DNA of 63,774 nt, the filler included. It is 5 parts of 5 records of this genome, joined end to end, with 100 filler letters (N's around TTAATTAATTAA, not from the genome) between each part and the next. Parts side by side here need not be neighbours in the genome. Positions count along the whole stretch, not along the records: positions 17,351 to 24,638 come from SRR20825006_56; positions 24,739 to 39,617 come from SRR20825006_57; 3 more parts are not named here. One strand, 5' to 3'. Of this stretch, positions 19,716 through 29,114 are shown piece after piece. The notes under the pieces were generated by a model that saw nothing but the letters and a program-made list of their open reading frames with translations, was not told the origin of the DNA and made no database searches. Position 1 is the stretch's first letter, and each line of letters begins with the position of its first letter. A program made the position numbers and the translations under genes.

Positions 19716-20246
19716 TTGAGAAGAACACTTTACATAGCATTAATCGGATTGACAATTTTTACGAGTTGTCAAAAAAACAAACAATTAAATTTAGTTCAGC
19801 AAACCGATTTGAAAGGAATATTTGAAATAGGAATTCCAGAAAACTGGCATATCGAAAAACAAGATTCTGAAAACTCTTCTTTTTTGATTGCAAGTGACAT
19901 CACAAAAACAGTTGATAAAACTCTAGTTGTTGATTTGACTTGGAATGATTGGGAAATATATCTGAACGAACATTTCAAACGCTCACTCGACTCGATAAGT
20001 AATCTATCTGGATTCAAGACATCTAATCAAAAGTTTTACTCTCGTGGAGAATTTGACATTTACGAATATGAGTTAGTTGGAACTGATTCTTTAAATAATC
20101 TTGGAGTAAAATCTAAAAACTATTATTTCAAGAAAAGCGGACAGAAAGGTTCTCTAAATTTAAATGTTAGAGTAAATGATAGGGATTTTAATCAAAAAGA
20201 TTCGCTTCTGATTGACAGAATCATTGAAACAATTAAAAGAAAATAA
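19716..20246 (+). CDS. Cassette 4: hypothetical lipoprotein
   Basis: Lipobox FTSC; bracketed by GTTGTAATAC (19704) and GTGTTACAAC (20251). Confidence 0.8.
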   Translation: MRRTLYIALIGLTIFTSCQKNKQLNLVQQTDLKGIFEIGIPENWHIEKQDSENSSFLIASDITKTVDKTLVVDLTWNDWEIYLNEHFKRSLDSISNLSGFKTSNQKFYSRGEFDIYEYELVGTDSLNNLGVKSKNYYFKKSGQKGSLNLNVRVNDRDFNQKDSLLIDRIIETIKRK

Positions 20247-20540
20247 AAACGTGTTACAACAACGGTAACTGTTGCACAAGACTATAAAAGGTAACATTAC
20301 AAAAATAAATAAGCCACTCTAAGCGGTTTTTCTTTTTTGGATCAACTTGGTTTTAGACCAAATTCAGAACTCTTAAAACCGATGTATCGCTGTTTGTTAG
20401 TCTGTTTTTCAGTAAAAAAAATGAAGAGAGTATTCCTGCTCCGCTTTTACAGGTACAATTTTTCCGTCCCCCACACCACCGTAGGCACTTGTATAAGAAT
20501 TCCTATATTTAGCAATTACAATTTTTAGATACTTAGCCCT

Positions 20541-22925
20541 ATGCGTATTATTCTGATTGCTGTGTTGATGCTTATTTTAGGCTGTACCAAAACCGCTACG
20601 CCTCCCTCCTCTTTTAAAACTCTTGCTGCAAAGAGCCCTTCTATTGCCGGAAAGACAGCATACCTTGCTTCGCCTTTTGTAACCGCCGGAAATCGCGTAT
20701 ATATGGTAGGACATCAAGATGGCTCTTTTCCTGATCTGGGATGGCATATTAAAGGCGAAATGGGTGGCATTTGGGATCATCCCATCAAACTTATGGATGG
20801 CTTTGATCTTGCAGTACTACACGAAAACGATACCTTAACACTCAATAATGCCGATCGCTTTGTAAACTATCCGTTTACCAATATGCACGAGTTCGCTTGG
20901 GCTGAAAAAAACCTCAACATACAACGCTGGCAATTTGTACCCGACGATACCGAAGGGATCATCATTCAACTGGCAATTGAAAATACCGGTGAAGCCAAAG
21001 AGGTTCAACTTGATTTCACCGGAATAAGCGATCTGCGACCTACTTGGCTGGGAGATCGCACAGGAATGATCGACAGTAAAGATCAAGCTGTTTTTGACGA
21101 GCAAAATAAGCTATGGAAGGTAAAAGATCAGAATAACCCATGGCACGTACTTTTTGGATCTTCGGTAAAACCTACTGCAACGGCACAGACCTCAACTCAG
21201 GATGCTACAACACAAAGCAGCTTGAGTCACACGCTGCAGCTTCCTGCGGCTTCTACTACAGTTTTCACCTATTATATCGCAGGCTCGTACCAATCGGAAG
21301 CTGCAGCACTGGCGACCTATAAAAAAATACAAGAGCGATCAACCGACTTATTTCAAGCTAAAAAAGAGCGCTACGAGCAATTAGCTTCACAATCAAAACT
21401 CAGTATTCCTGATGAATCTATCGCACAAGCTTTTGAGTGGTTAAAATACAATAGCGATTGGCTGGTACGCCGCGTGCCGGAAGTTGGTACCGGTATTTCG
21501 GCGGGGATTCCTGATTATCCATGGTGGTTTGGGGTAGACAGCGAGTATGCCTTAAAAGGACTTATGGCCATTGGTCAGACCAAAACTGTATATTCAAGCA
21601 TTCGTCTGCTCGATAGCCTTTCAGAAGCTACTAATGGCAACGGCCGCATTGTGCACGAAGTCTCTACTAACGGTGCGGTATTCAATCCTGGAAACATCAA
21701 CGAGACCCCGCAGTTTGCGTCGCTTATTTGGGAAGTATATCGCTGGAATGGCGACCGAAAGTTTTTAGAAACCTACTACCCTTCCATCAAAAAAGGTATG
21801 CACTGGCTACTGACCGAAAAGGATACTGATCAAAATTTGTTTCCCGACGGCTACGGAATGATGGAAATTCACGGCCTCGACAGCGAAATGATCGATGTGG
21901 CGAGCTATACGCAACGGGCACTGGTAGATGCTGCTAAGATCGCTGAAGTTTTAAAGGATACCGCAACTGCGGAAAATTATAAGGCGAAGGCGGTTGTATT
22001 AAAAGAACAAATAAATACGCAATTCTGGTCTGAAGCATTCAACTCGTATGCCGATTTTATAGGCACCGATGCGCAGGCTTTACATCTTATTGAAGATGCG
22101 ATCGTACGTGCAGACACGCTTAAGAAACCCTGGGCAGTTGCCGAATTGAAAGAGACGCGCGAGTACATCAAGAATACTCCTTCAACGGCAGCGCGACCTT
22201 TTGTATTGTATCATAATTGGGTGGTAAATACACCTATGGAAATGGGAATCGCTCCTCCCGAAAAAGCAAAAAAAGCATTAAAAACAGCGGAGCAATTTGT
22301 AAATCCCTTCGGAGTTTTTGTGACGGGTATTGACCGTGACGATTCCGCAGGAAGTGATGAGGGTTCTTTTAAAGGCAGTTCGAGTTTTAGTTATACAGGC
22401 GCCGTAATGACCTTGCCCACAAGCGTACAAGCAATTGCCGAAAACAACTACGGAAATCCCGATGCTGCGCTAGATTACATCAAACGTATGACCCGCTCGT
22501 TTAGTTTTGCTTTTCCCGGTAGTATGTATGAAGTCTCGCCAGATTACGGGATGATCAGCCAGGCCTGGAATATTTATGGCTTTGCGATTCCTATCGTGCA
22601 GCAGTTTTTTGGTATCAATCCTGATGCTGCGAGCAAAACCGTGACGGTAAAACCACAAATGCCTAAAGATTGGGACGATGTCGCTCTGGAAAATGTAAAA
22701 ATTAGAGACAATGCTGTTTCGGTCTTCTATACCAAAACAAATAACCAAATAAAATTACGTGTCACGCAAACGCAACCAGATTGGACGCTAAAGCTTATTT
22801 TGCCTAAAGAACTAGACGGAAAGTCATTCCGTAACAGTTCATCTTCGAGTCAAACTACAACCGACGAAAATAATTTTATACTTTCCGGTAAAGGAGAAGT
22901 TGAATTAATTTTAGAGGAAGAATAG
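20541..22925 (+). CDS. Lipoprotein glycoside hydrolase with (alpha/alpha)6 barrel (glycogen-debranching/amylo-alpha-1,6-glucosidase-like)
   Basis: Lipobox ILGC; AGIPDYPWWFGVDS, NETPQF and QAWN motifs of GDE-type six-hairpin glycosidases. Confidence 0.75.
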   Translation: MRIILIAVLMLILGCTKTATPPSSFKTLAAKSPSIAGKTAYLASPFVTAGNRVYMVGHQDGSFPDLGWHIKGEMGGIWDHPIKLMDGFDLAVLHENDTLTLNNADRFVNYPFTNMHEFAWAEKNLNIQRWQFVPDDTEGIIIQLAIENTGEAKEVQLDFTGISDLRPTWLGDRTGMIDSKDQAVFDEQNKLWKVKDQNNPWHVLFGSSVKPTATAQTSTQDATTQSSLSHTLQLPAASTTVFTYYIAGSYQSEAAALATYKKIQERSTDLFQAKKERYEQLASQSKLSIPDESIAQAFEWLKYNSDWLVRRVPEVGTGISAGIPDYPWWFGVDSEYALKGLMAIGQTKTVYSSIRLLDSLSEATNGNGRIVHEVSTNGAVFNPGNINETPQFASLIWEVYRWNGDRKFLETYYPSIKKGMHWLLTEKDTDQNLFPDGYGMMEIHGLDSEMIDVASYTQRALVDAAKIAEVLKDTATAENYKAKAVVLKEQINTQFWSEAFNSYADFIGTDAQALHLIEDAIVRADTLKKPWAVAELKETREYIKNTPSTAARPFVLYHNWVVNTPMEMGIAPPEKAKKALKTAEQFVNPFGVFVTGIDRDDSAGSDEGSFKGSSSFSYTGAVMTLPTSVQAIAENNYGNPDAALDYIKRMTRSFSFAFPGSMYEVSPDYGMISQAWNIYGFAIPIVQQFFGINPDAASKTVTVKPQMPKDWDDVALENVKIRDNAVSVFYTKTNNQIKLRVTQTQPDWTLKLILPKELDGKSFRNSSSSSQTTTDENNFILSGKGEVELILEEE

Positions 22926-23780
22926 ATGATTTATTTTAAACCGTGCACAATGAAAGCTAGCCTAGTACTCCTACTCTTCTGTAGCTTTAGCCTTCTTGGT
23001 CAAAAGCTTCCTAAAAAACTGAGTGAAACCGATTTTACTATCGGAAAAACTATAAGTATTCAGTCTGATATTTTAAAAGAAAAACGGGTGCTTAACGTGT
23101 ATCTCCCGCAGCATTATTCGGCTGATAGCACCAAAACATATCCGGTCATTTATTTACTCGACGGTTCTAAAGACGAAGACTTTATACATATAGCCGGGAT
23201 CGTTCAGTTTGGTTCGTTCTCTTGGATCAATATGCTTCCAGAAACGATTGTCGTAGGCATCGCCAATGTAGACCGAAAAAGAGATTTCACCTACCCTTCT
23301 CAAAATACCCTAGATCAAGAGGAATTTCCCACTTCGGGAAAATCGGCACATTTTATTCAATTTTTAGAGGAAGAATTACAGCCCTTTATAGCGGCCAATT
23401 TTAAAACTTCAGAAGAAAAAACGCTTATTGGTCAATCTTTAGGCGGACTTCTAGCCACAGAGATCCTCTTTAAAAAGCCGAAGCTTTTTGATAATTATGT
23501 TATTGTGAGTCCGAGTTTGTGGTGGGATGATGAGAAACTTTTGAATTCGGCAACGCCTTTTTTTGCTTCTTCAAAATCTATTTTTATCGCAGGTGGCAAA
23601 GAAGGTGAAGTGATGGAACGTACGGCAAAAGCACTATACACCAAACTGAATCAACAACAAGATGAAAAGACGCGTGTCTTCTATGAATTTCTTGAAGATA
23701 AAGATCACGGTGATGCTTTGCACATCGAGGTATATCACGCGTTTGAAAAGATTTTTGGTTCGGAGAAAAACACCCAATAA
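22926..23780 (+). CDS. Alpha/beta-hydrolase esterase (IroE/Fes-like)
   Basis: YPVIYLLDG, GQSLGG nucleophile elbow, SPSLWW. Confidence 0.88.
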   Translation: MIYFKPCTMKASLVLLLFCSFSLLGQKLPKKLSETDFTIGKTISIQSDILKEKRVLNVYLPQHYSADSTKTYPVIYLLDGSKDEDFIHIAGIVQFGSFSWINMLPETIVVGIANVDRKRDFTYPSQNTLDQEEFPTSGKSAHFIQFLEEELQPFIAANFKTSEEKTLIGQSLGGLLATEILFKKPKLFDNYVIVSPSLWWDDEKLLNSATPFFASSKSIFIAGGKEGEVMERTAKALYTKLNQQQDEKTRVFYEFLEDKDHGDALHIEVYHAFEKIFGSEKNTQ

Positions 23781-23794
23781 AACACTTCCATTTT

Positions 23795-24535
23795 ATGATC
23801 AAAATTATATCTATTTTCAGTATTGCCCTTCTCCTAACAAGTTGCAACACTCAAAGTAAAAAGACAGAAGTCGCTACTCAAGAAAATACAACAAGCACAG
23901 ACACACTCACCAAACATCTAAAGCCTTTCAACCCCGAATTACCCTCTATTGGATTGCTGATGTATAACGGCGTTTTACAAAGTGAGGTGGTTGCAACTTC
24001 AGATGTGTTTGCAAAACCTACGGAAGCAGGTGAGCAACTCTTTAACGTGATTACCATTGCTGAAACCACCAACCCGATCACTACCGAAGAAGGCTTGCAT
24101 CTCGTTCCTGATTATACTATTGAAAATTGCCCAAAACTGACCGCGCTATTTGTACCCAGCGCGTATGATATGTATGCGCAGGTGCATAATGAAGCGCTTG
24201 TGAATTTCATTAAGCAGAAAAATGAAGAAACCCAATATACGGTGAGTAATTGTGCTGGAGCTCAACTTATAGGCGCATCGGGTATTGCAAAAGGCCATAA
24301 GATCGTTACCTGGATTGGCGGCGGAACACAACTACAAAAAGACTACCCTGAACTGCTCGTGCAAAATGACAGCTTAGTCACTTTTGTAGAAGATGGTAAA
24401 TTTTTATCTTCTAACGGAAATTTAGCGAGTTATATTTCGGCCTTAGAACTGTTAGAAAAAATGACCGATGTACAACACCGTGAATTTGTAGAAAGCTACC
24501 TGTACTTAGACCGACTTCAAAATTGGGAAAAGTAG
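23795..24535 (+). CDS. DJ-1/PfpI-family lipoprotein
   Basis: Lipobox LTSC; LVPDYT, VSNCAGA, FVEDGKFLSSNG. Confidence 0.85.
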   Translation: MIKIISIFSIALLLTSCNTQSKKTEVATQENTTSTDTLTKHLKPFNPELPSIGLLMYNGVLQSEVVATSDVFAKPTEAGEQLFNVITIAETTNPITTEEGLHLVPDYTIENCPKLTALFVPSAYDMYAQVHNEALVNFIKQKNEETQYTVSNCAGAQLIGASGIAKGHKIVTWIGGGTQLQKDYPELLVQNDSLVTFVEDGKFLSSNGNLASYISALELLEKMTDVQHREFVESYLYLDRLQNWEK

Positions 24536-24638
24536 TTCAGTGATCGCCTTGCTTAACGTTAGCATTCTCGTTAACTCCCTCAGGGCAAGCCTATAAGGCA
24601 TTGGTTGAAAACGAATTTTCAATTTCGAGGCATCCCGA

Positions 24639-24738
24639 NNNNNNNNNNNNNNNNNNNNNNNNNNNNNNNNNNNNNNNNNNNNTTAATTAATTAANNNNNN
24701 NNNNNNNNNNNNNNNNNNNNNNNNNNNNNNNNNNNNNN
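24639..24738. other. Artificial contig linker
   Basis: N44-TTAATTAATTAA-N44. Confidence 0.98.
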
Positions 24739-25229
24739 GTCGCACCATGGGCCTGGGCACAATCCTCAATCACAAAAAGCCCGTGCTCATCGGCCAAATT
24801 CATCATGCCATCCATGTCACAAGGCCAACCTGCCAGGTGAACACAAATAACCGCTTTGGTCTTGGCCGATAACACTGCCGCTACGGTTTCCGGAGTGATG
24901 TTTTGGGTATCAGCATCGACATCGGCAAAAACAGGAATTGCCCCGGCGTTAATCACCGCCGTTGCTGATGCCAGGAATGTGCGGGGAGTCACCACCACTT
25001 CATCCCCTTCGCCGATCCCCAGCCCTTTCAAGGCAAGATCGAGAGCGACGGAGCCATTGGCCACAGCAATGGCATATTCTGTACCGGCGAAGTCCGCAAA
25101 TTCCCTCTCGAATTCACGACATTCCTGTCCCGTCCAGTAATTCACCTTGTTGGAAAGCAATACACGCTGTACCGCATCAGCCTCTTCCTGGGTATAGGAG
25201 GGCCAGGGAGAGAAAGGACCGTTAAGCAT
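24739..25229 (-). CDS. DegT/DnrJ/EryC1/StrS sugar aminotransferase (N-terminal part; truncated)
   Basis: ANGSVALDLAL, VHLAGWPCDMD, IEDCAQAHGA. Confidence 0.92.
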
Positions 25230-25267
25230 AAAATCTTCTCAGTTGTGCAATCAGTAAGTTCTGCCAG

Positions 25268-25918
25268 TCAGCCCGAAACAGTCGCAAGTATGTAACGTAA
25301 ATCGCCAAAAAAAGACCACTCGCGGATATACTGCAGATTAATCTGCACCTTATCGGGATAAATCACTTCGCGGTTATACTGCTCGGGGTCGTCCTGCGCA
25401 GCCAGGATTTCCTCTTCATCACGATATTTCAACGTCGCAGGGCCAGTGATGCCGGGACGTAAAGACAGTACAGCCCTCTCCACACCCGTCAGCTTGTCAG
25501 CATATCCGGGCACATCCGGGCGCGGCCCGACAAAGCTCATGTGACCCAGCAGAACATTCCAAAGCTGCGGCAACTCGTCAATTTTGGTTTTTCGAAAAAA
25601 ACGTCCCAGGGGCGTAATCCGTGGATCACCGGAACGCGTCACTGTAGTAGTGGTTCTGCTATCCGGCCACATGGTTTTGATCTTTACCACACGAATGATA
25701 TTGCCATCCTGGCCCACACGATTCTGGATAAAAAACCCGTTGCTGCGTGTATCAAGCGACGCCGCAAGGAAAGCAATCAGGATCAACCACCATGAAACGA
25801 GAAGACCCAGCAAGGCCGCAGAAAAGTCAAAAGTACGCTTTATCATCGCCTGCGAAGGTGTCAGTGAAGGCGCCATATATTCCATTTCAGAGATAGCCAT
25901 AACGTTTAAGCGTTTCAC
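25268..25918 (-). CDS. Bacterial sugar transferase (initiating phosphoglycosyl transferase, PglC-like)
   Basis: KRTFD, DPRITPLGRFFRKTKIDELPQLWNVL.G.MSFVGPRP. Confidence 0.92.
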   Translation of the reverse strand: MKRLNVMAISEMEYMAPSLTPSQAMIKRTFDFSAALLGLLVSWWLILIAFLAASLDTRSNGFFIQNRVGQDGNIIRVVKIKTMWPDSRTTTTVTRSGDPRITPLGRFFRKTKIDELPQLWNVLLGHMSFVGPRPDVPGYADKLTGVERAVLSLRPGITGPATLKYRDEEEILAAQDDPEQYNREVIYPDKVQINLQYIREWSFFGDLRYILATVSG

Positions 25919-26750
25919 CCGTTAATGCTTCGAGGCGAGCCACTTCCTCCTCACCCAACGCTTTTCGCCCTTTACCAAGGCTGCCATTGGAAACTCCAGC
26001 CACAGCAGCCTGAATCAAATCTGACGGAGCCTTACAACCAAGAAAATCAAAGATTCTCTCTAATTCCGGTGCCGGATCAGAAACAAAATCTTCGTAACGA
26101 ACCCGAATTACCCTCTCTGGTTCAATTTGAGAAAGATCACTGTCAGCCTTCTCAACGCAACGTTGCCATTGCAGGGCGCAGACCTCATTCAGGGTATGCT
26201 TCCCAAGAATCTCATCCATGTTATCGAGTTTCGGCCCCCAGAATGCCAAGCGCTTCTCCCGGGAGAACACTCGATAAATGCGACTCCAGAAATAGCGTAA
26301 ACCGTAGTACGGCAAATCCGTCAACGGCACAAACCGGACCTTTTCCATAAGGTAGGGAATGTCCAACTTGGCCGTCCAACGCAATTTGGCTGACCCCGTA
26401 GCATCAATACCATCACGGTAAATATAGACGTAACGAGCCTCGGGCAGCACCTTGTTTATGAAAGGAACGCGTAAACAGCTGGCACAGGTTTTCTCCACCA
26501 CGATCCGGGCATTCTGCGTACACCGAATATCCTCGAAGCGAGCCCTGATATAAGCCGCTACAGCGGGTGTCGCCCTGTCTGCGGGGATCTCGTCGGACGG
26601 ATATCGGACGTTACCATGACGCCAGATATAATTGATCTCATCACAGGGCCAAGTGCCGATACCCTCAAATGAAGTGAGCACATCACGCAGCATGTTGGTG
26701 CCCGATCTGGGTGCACCGATAATTACCAAATCCATATTTTGCATCATCAA
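25887..26750 (-). CDS. Sulfotransferase family protein
   Basis: 5'-PSB loop IIGAPRSGTNML, EKT, YIYRDG, RYEDFV. Confidence 0.88.
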   Translation of the reverse strand: MMMQNMDLVIIGAPRSGTNMLRDVLTSFEGIGTWPCDEINYIWRHGNVRYPSDEIPADRATPAVAAYIRARFEDIRCTQNARIVVEKTCASCLRVPFINKVLPEARYVYIYRDGIDATGSAKLRWTAKLDIPYLMEKVRFVPLTDLPYYGLRYFWSRIYRVFSREKRLAFWGPKLDNMDEILGKHTLNEVCALQWQRCVEKADSDLSQIEPERVIRVRYEDFVSDPAPELERIFDFLGCKAPSDLIQAAVAGVSNGSLGKGRKALGEEEVARLEALTGETLKRYGYL

Positions 26751-27991
26751 TTCTTGCCCACGGGTCTAACCAGCGAGGCCCAGCGGACCAACACCACTTC
26801 CGGTGAAAATGCCTGCTCAGCCAGGCCGGCAGCATTTCCCTTCATCCTCTGCTGTTGCTTATCGTCATCTGCCAAACGGGCAATTGCCTGTGCCAGTTCA
26901 TCTGCATCGCCACCCTGCACCGCCAGTCCGGCGCTATTCTCAACAATATCTGTAGCCAGGCAGCTTTCTGATTCGACCGCCACTAATACAGGACAACCTT
27001 GCTCCAGGTATGTCATGGTCTTGCTGGGATAGGCATACCGGAACAGCTCCGGGACCAGGCTGACAAAGCCTGCGCCAGCCTTTTTCATGGCAGCTTTCGC
27101 AACAGATACAGAGTGGTGACCCACGAAAGAAACCCGGGCACCACTCTCGGCGGCCTGCTTTTCCAGAGCCGCTTTTTCCGTTCCTTCACCCATCATCAGC
27201 AAGCGAATGTCTGATCGTTCTCGAAGTTGTGCCATGGCGTTCATGAGCACATCCAGGCCCTGGAAACGACCGATGTTTCCGGCGAAAAGCAGCACAAAGG
27301 GCTCATTAGGCCATGGGAATGGCAGATCACCCACAGCTTCAGACTCGGAAGGCAAGCTGAAATTATTAATCACGGCAGTCTGTGGAACAGCGTCCGATTG
27401 AGAGCGCCGATCAAGGCTGTCAGCCATGTCCTGTGACAACACCACAACAGGATTGGCCTGCCGGCATGTCCAGGCATCCATCCGTGCGAGCAGACGATAT
27501 ACCACTGGGTTGCGAAACTCTCCGGATATCCGGCCAATTTCAGGGTGAACATCCATGCAGTGATACACAAATCTTGCACCGGAAAGGCGCGCCGCAAGCG
27601 CCGTAAACCAGCCAGCCAGCACCGGCGGAGAGGTTGAGACCATAATGACGTCATAGCGCCGCAGAAGTACCGCACGGATGAAAATGCCCAGCCCAAGTCG
27701 CAGGGCATTAAGCATCCGTATCAACGGCCGACCCGCCTCCGAAGGCAGAGTCATACGGTAGACGGTAGCACCATCAACAACTTCCTTGGCCGGCTGCTTT
27801 TCATTATCAAGCCCGGCCTTGTAGGAAGGCTGGGATGACAGCACGTCGACATGATGCCCCTCACCCACCCAACGACGTACGATCACGCGCAACATGGATG
27901 CATAAGGGGGCGTGTCAGGCCAGTAATAGCGATGTATCGCCAGAATTTTCAGGCCATCGGCCTCAGTTCCAGTCATACCGGCTGAACTCAT
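26747..27991 (-). CDS. GT4 glycosyltransferase (WbuB-like, probable L-FucNAc transferase)
   Basis: RYYWPD, STSPP, FAGNIGRFQGL, YPSKT; adjacent to fnlABC. Confidence 0.85.
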   Translation of the reverse strand: MSSAGMTGTEADGLKILAIHRYYWPDTPPYASMLRVIVRRWVGEGHHVDVLSSQPSYKAGLDNEKQPAKEVVDGATVYRMTLPSEAGRPLIRMLNALRLGLGIFIRAVLLRRYDVIMVSTSPPVLAGWFTALAARLSGARFVYHCMDVHPEIGRISGEFRNPVVYRLLARMDAWTCRQANPVVVLSQDMADSLDRRSQSDAVPQTAVINNFSLPSESEAVGDLPFPWPNEPFVLLFAGNIGRFQGLDVLMNAMAQLRERSDIRLLMMGEGTEKAALEKQAAESGARVSFVGHHSVSVAKAAMKKAGAGFVSLVPELFRYAYPSKTMTYLEQGCPVLVAVESESCLATDIVENSAGLAVQGGDADELAQAIARLADDDKQQQRMKGNAAGLAEQAFSPEVVLVRWASLVRPVGKN

Positions 27992-29111
27992 CCATATTTT
28001 TCCAATGACCAGCCAGCTTGGCCGTCCCGGTGATCAGGCGCACTACGCGCTCGGAGACATTGCGTACCTTGTAGGCTTCAGGGGTCTCGCGCTCTGTTCC
28101 AGAAAAAATATCGCGTGATGCTGTAGCGATACGCACACCGTCAATCAGCACCTCTTTGTCCAGCCCCGTCAAAGCAATAGCCCCCGCGTCCAGCGCTTCA
28201 GGGCGCTCAATAGACCGACGCAGCGTTACCGCAGGGAAGTCGAGAATAGAGGATTCCTCACTGATGGTGCCGCTATCAGAAATGGCACAAAAAGCTGTCA
28301 TCTGCAGCTTGTTGTAATCAAAGAACCCGAACGGCTTCAGAAAACGAATCGCCTCACTGTCATCCGCTAGCCCCAGTTTTTCCAGGCGGTTACGGGTACG
28401 GGGGTGCGTGGATACCACCACCGGAAACCCGAACTCTTCGTGAAGAGCCTGCAAGGCTTCAACCACCTTCTTCAGGTTCTCACGGCTGTCCACGTTTTCT
28501 TCTCTATGAACGCTCACAATAAAGAAGCGACCCCTTTCCAGCCCCAAACGCTCAAGGATGTCTGACTGCTGAATGCTCGGCAGTGAATGTTCTAGCACTT
28601 CACGCATCGGCGAGCCCGTGAGGTAAATAAATCGATGTGACAACCCTTCGCTGATCAGGTGCCTACGGGCATGCTCCGTGTAAACCAAATTGAAATCCGC
28701 CAGATGGTCCACCAGCTTACGGTTGATTTCTTCCGGCACATTGGCGTCGAAGCTGCGATTCCCTGCTTCCATATGGTAAGTGGGGATCTTCATGCGCTTG
28801 GCCATAAGCGTGGCTGTAGCACTATTGGTATCACCCAGCACCAGCACTGCATCAGGCTTTTCATTCAGCAGAACTTCTTCCGTTTTGATAAGGATCTCAC
28901 CCAGGCTCCGCCCCAGCGAAGAGGTGTCAACATTCAGGAAATGATCAGGCTTGCGAACGCCGAGCTCCTCGAAGAAAACATCATTCAACTCGTAATCGTA
29001 ATTCTGACCGGTATGGACGATCTTGTGGTCCACAACTTGATCCAGAGCCGCCATCACACGGGCAAGGCGAATAATTTCCGGGCGTGTACCCAGAATCGTC
29101 ATTACTTTCAT
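27963..29111 (-). CDS. fnlC: UDP-N-acetylhexosamine 2-epimerase (FnlC/WbjD/Cap5G)
   Basis: GTRPEIIRL, HTGQNYD, HMEAGNRS, PEEINR, SDSGTISEE. Confidence 0.9.
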   Translation of the reverse strand: MKVMTILGTRPEIIRLARVMAALDQVVDHKIVHTGQNYDYELNDVFFEELGVRKPDHFLNVDTSSLGRSLGEILIKTEEVLLNEKPDAVLVLGDTNSATATLMAKRMKIPTYHMEAGNRSFDANVPEEINRKLVDHLADFNLVYTEHARRHLISEGLSHRFIYLTGSPMREVLEHSLPSIQQSDILERLGLERGRFFIVSVHREENVDSRENLKKVVEALQALHEEFGFPVVVSTHPRTRNRLEKLGLADDSEAIRFLKPFGFFDYNKLQMTAFCAISDSGTISEESSILDFPAVTLRRSIERPEALDAGAIALTGLDKEVLIDGVRIATASRDIFSGTERETPEAYKVRNVSERVVRLITGTAKLAGHWKNMDEFSRYDWN

Positions 29112-29114
29112 CAA

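Noticed and set aside
17351-20290. Cassette repeats as a CRISPR array
   Set aside because: The repeats exceed 100 bp, are divergent and are separated by whole genes; no cas genes are present.
20337-20528. 63-aa ORF between the array and the glycoside hydrolase
   Set aside because: TTG start, no family features, no cassette boundaries; probably intergenic or promoter DNA.
24555-24638. Possible repeat or mobile-element end after the DJ-1 gene (CCTCAGGGCAAGCC...TTTCGAGGCATCCCGA)
   Set aside because: Truncated by the contig end and single-copy here; cannot be supported as a feature.
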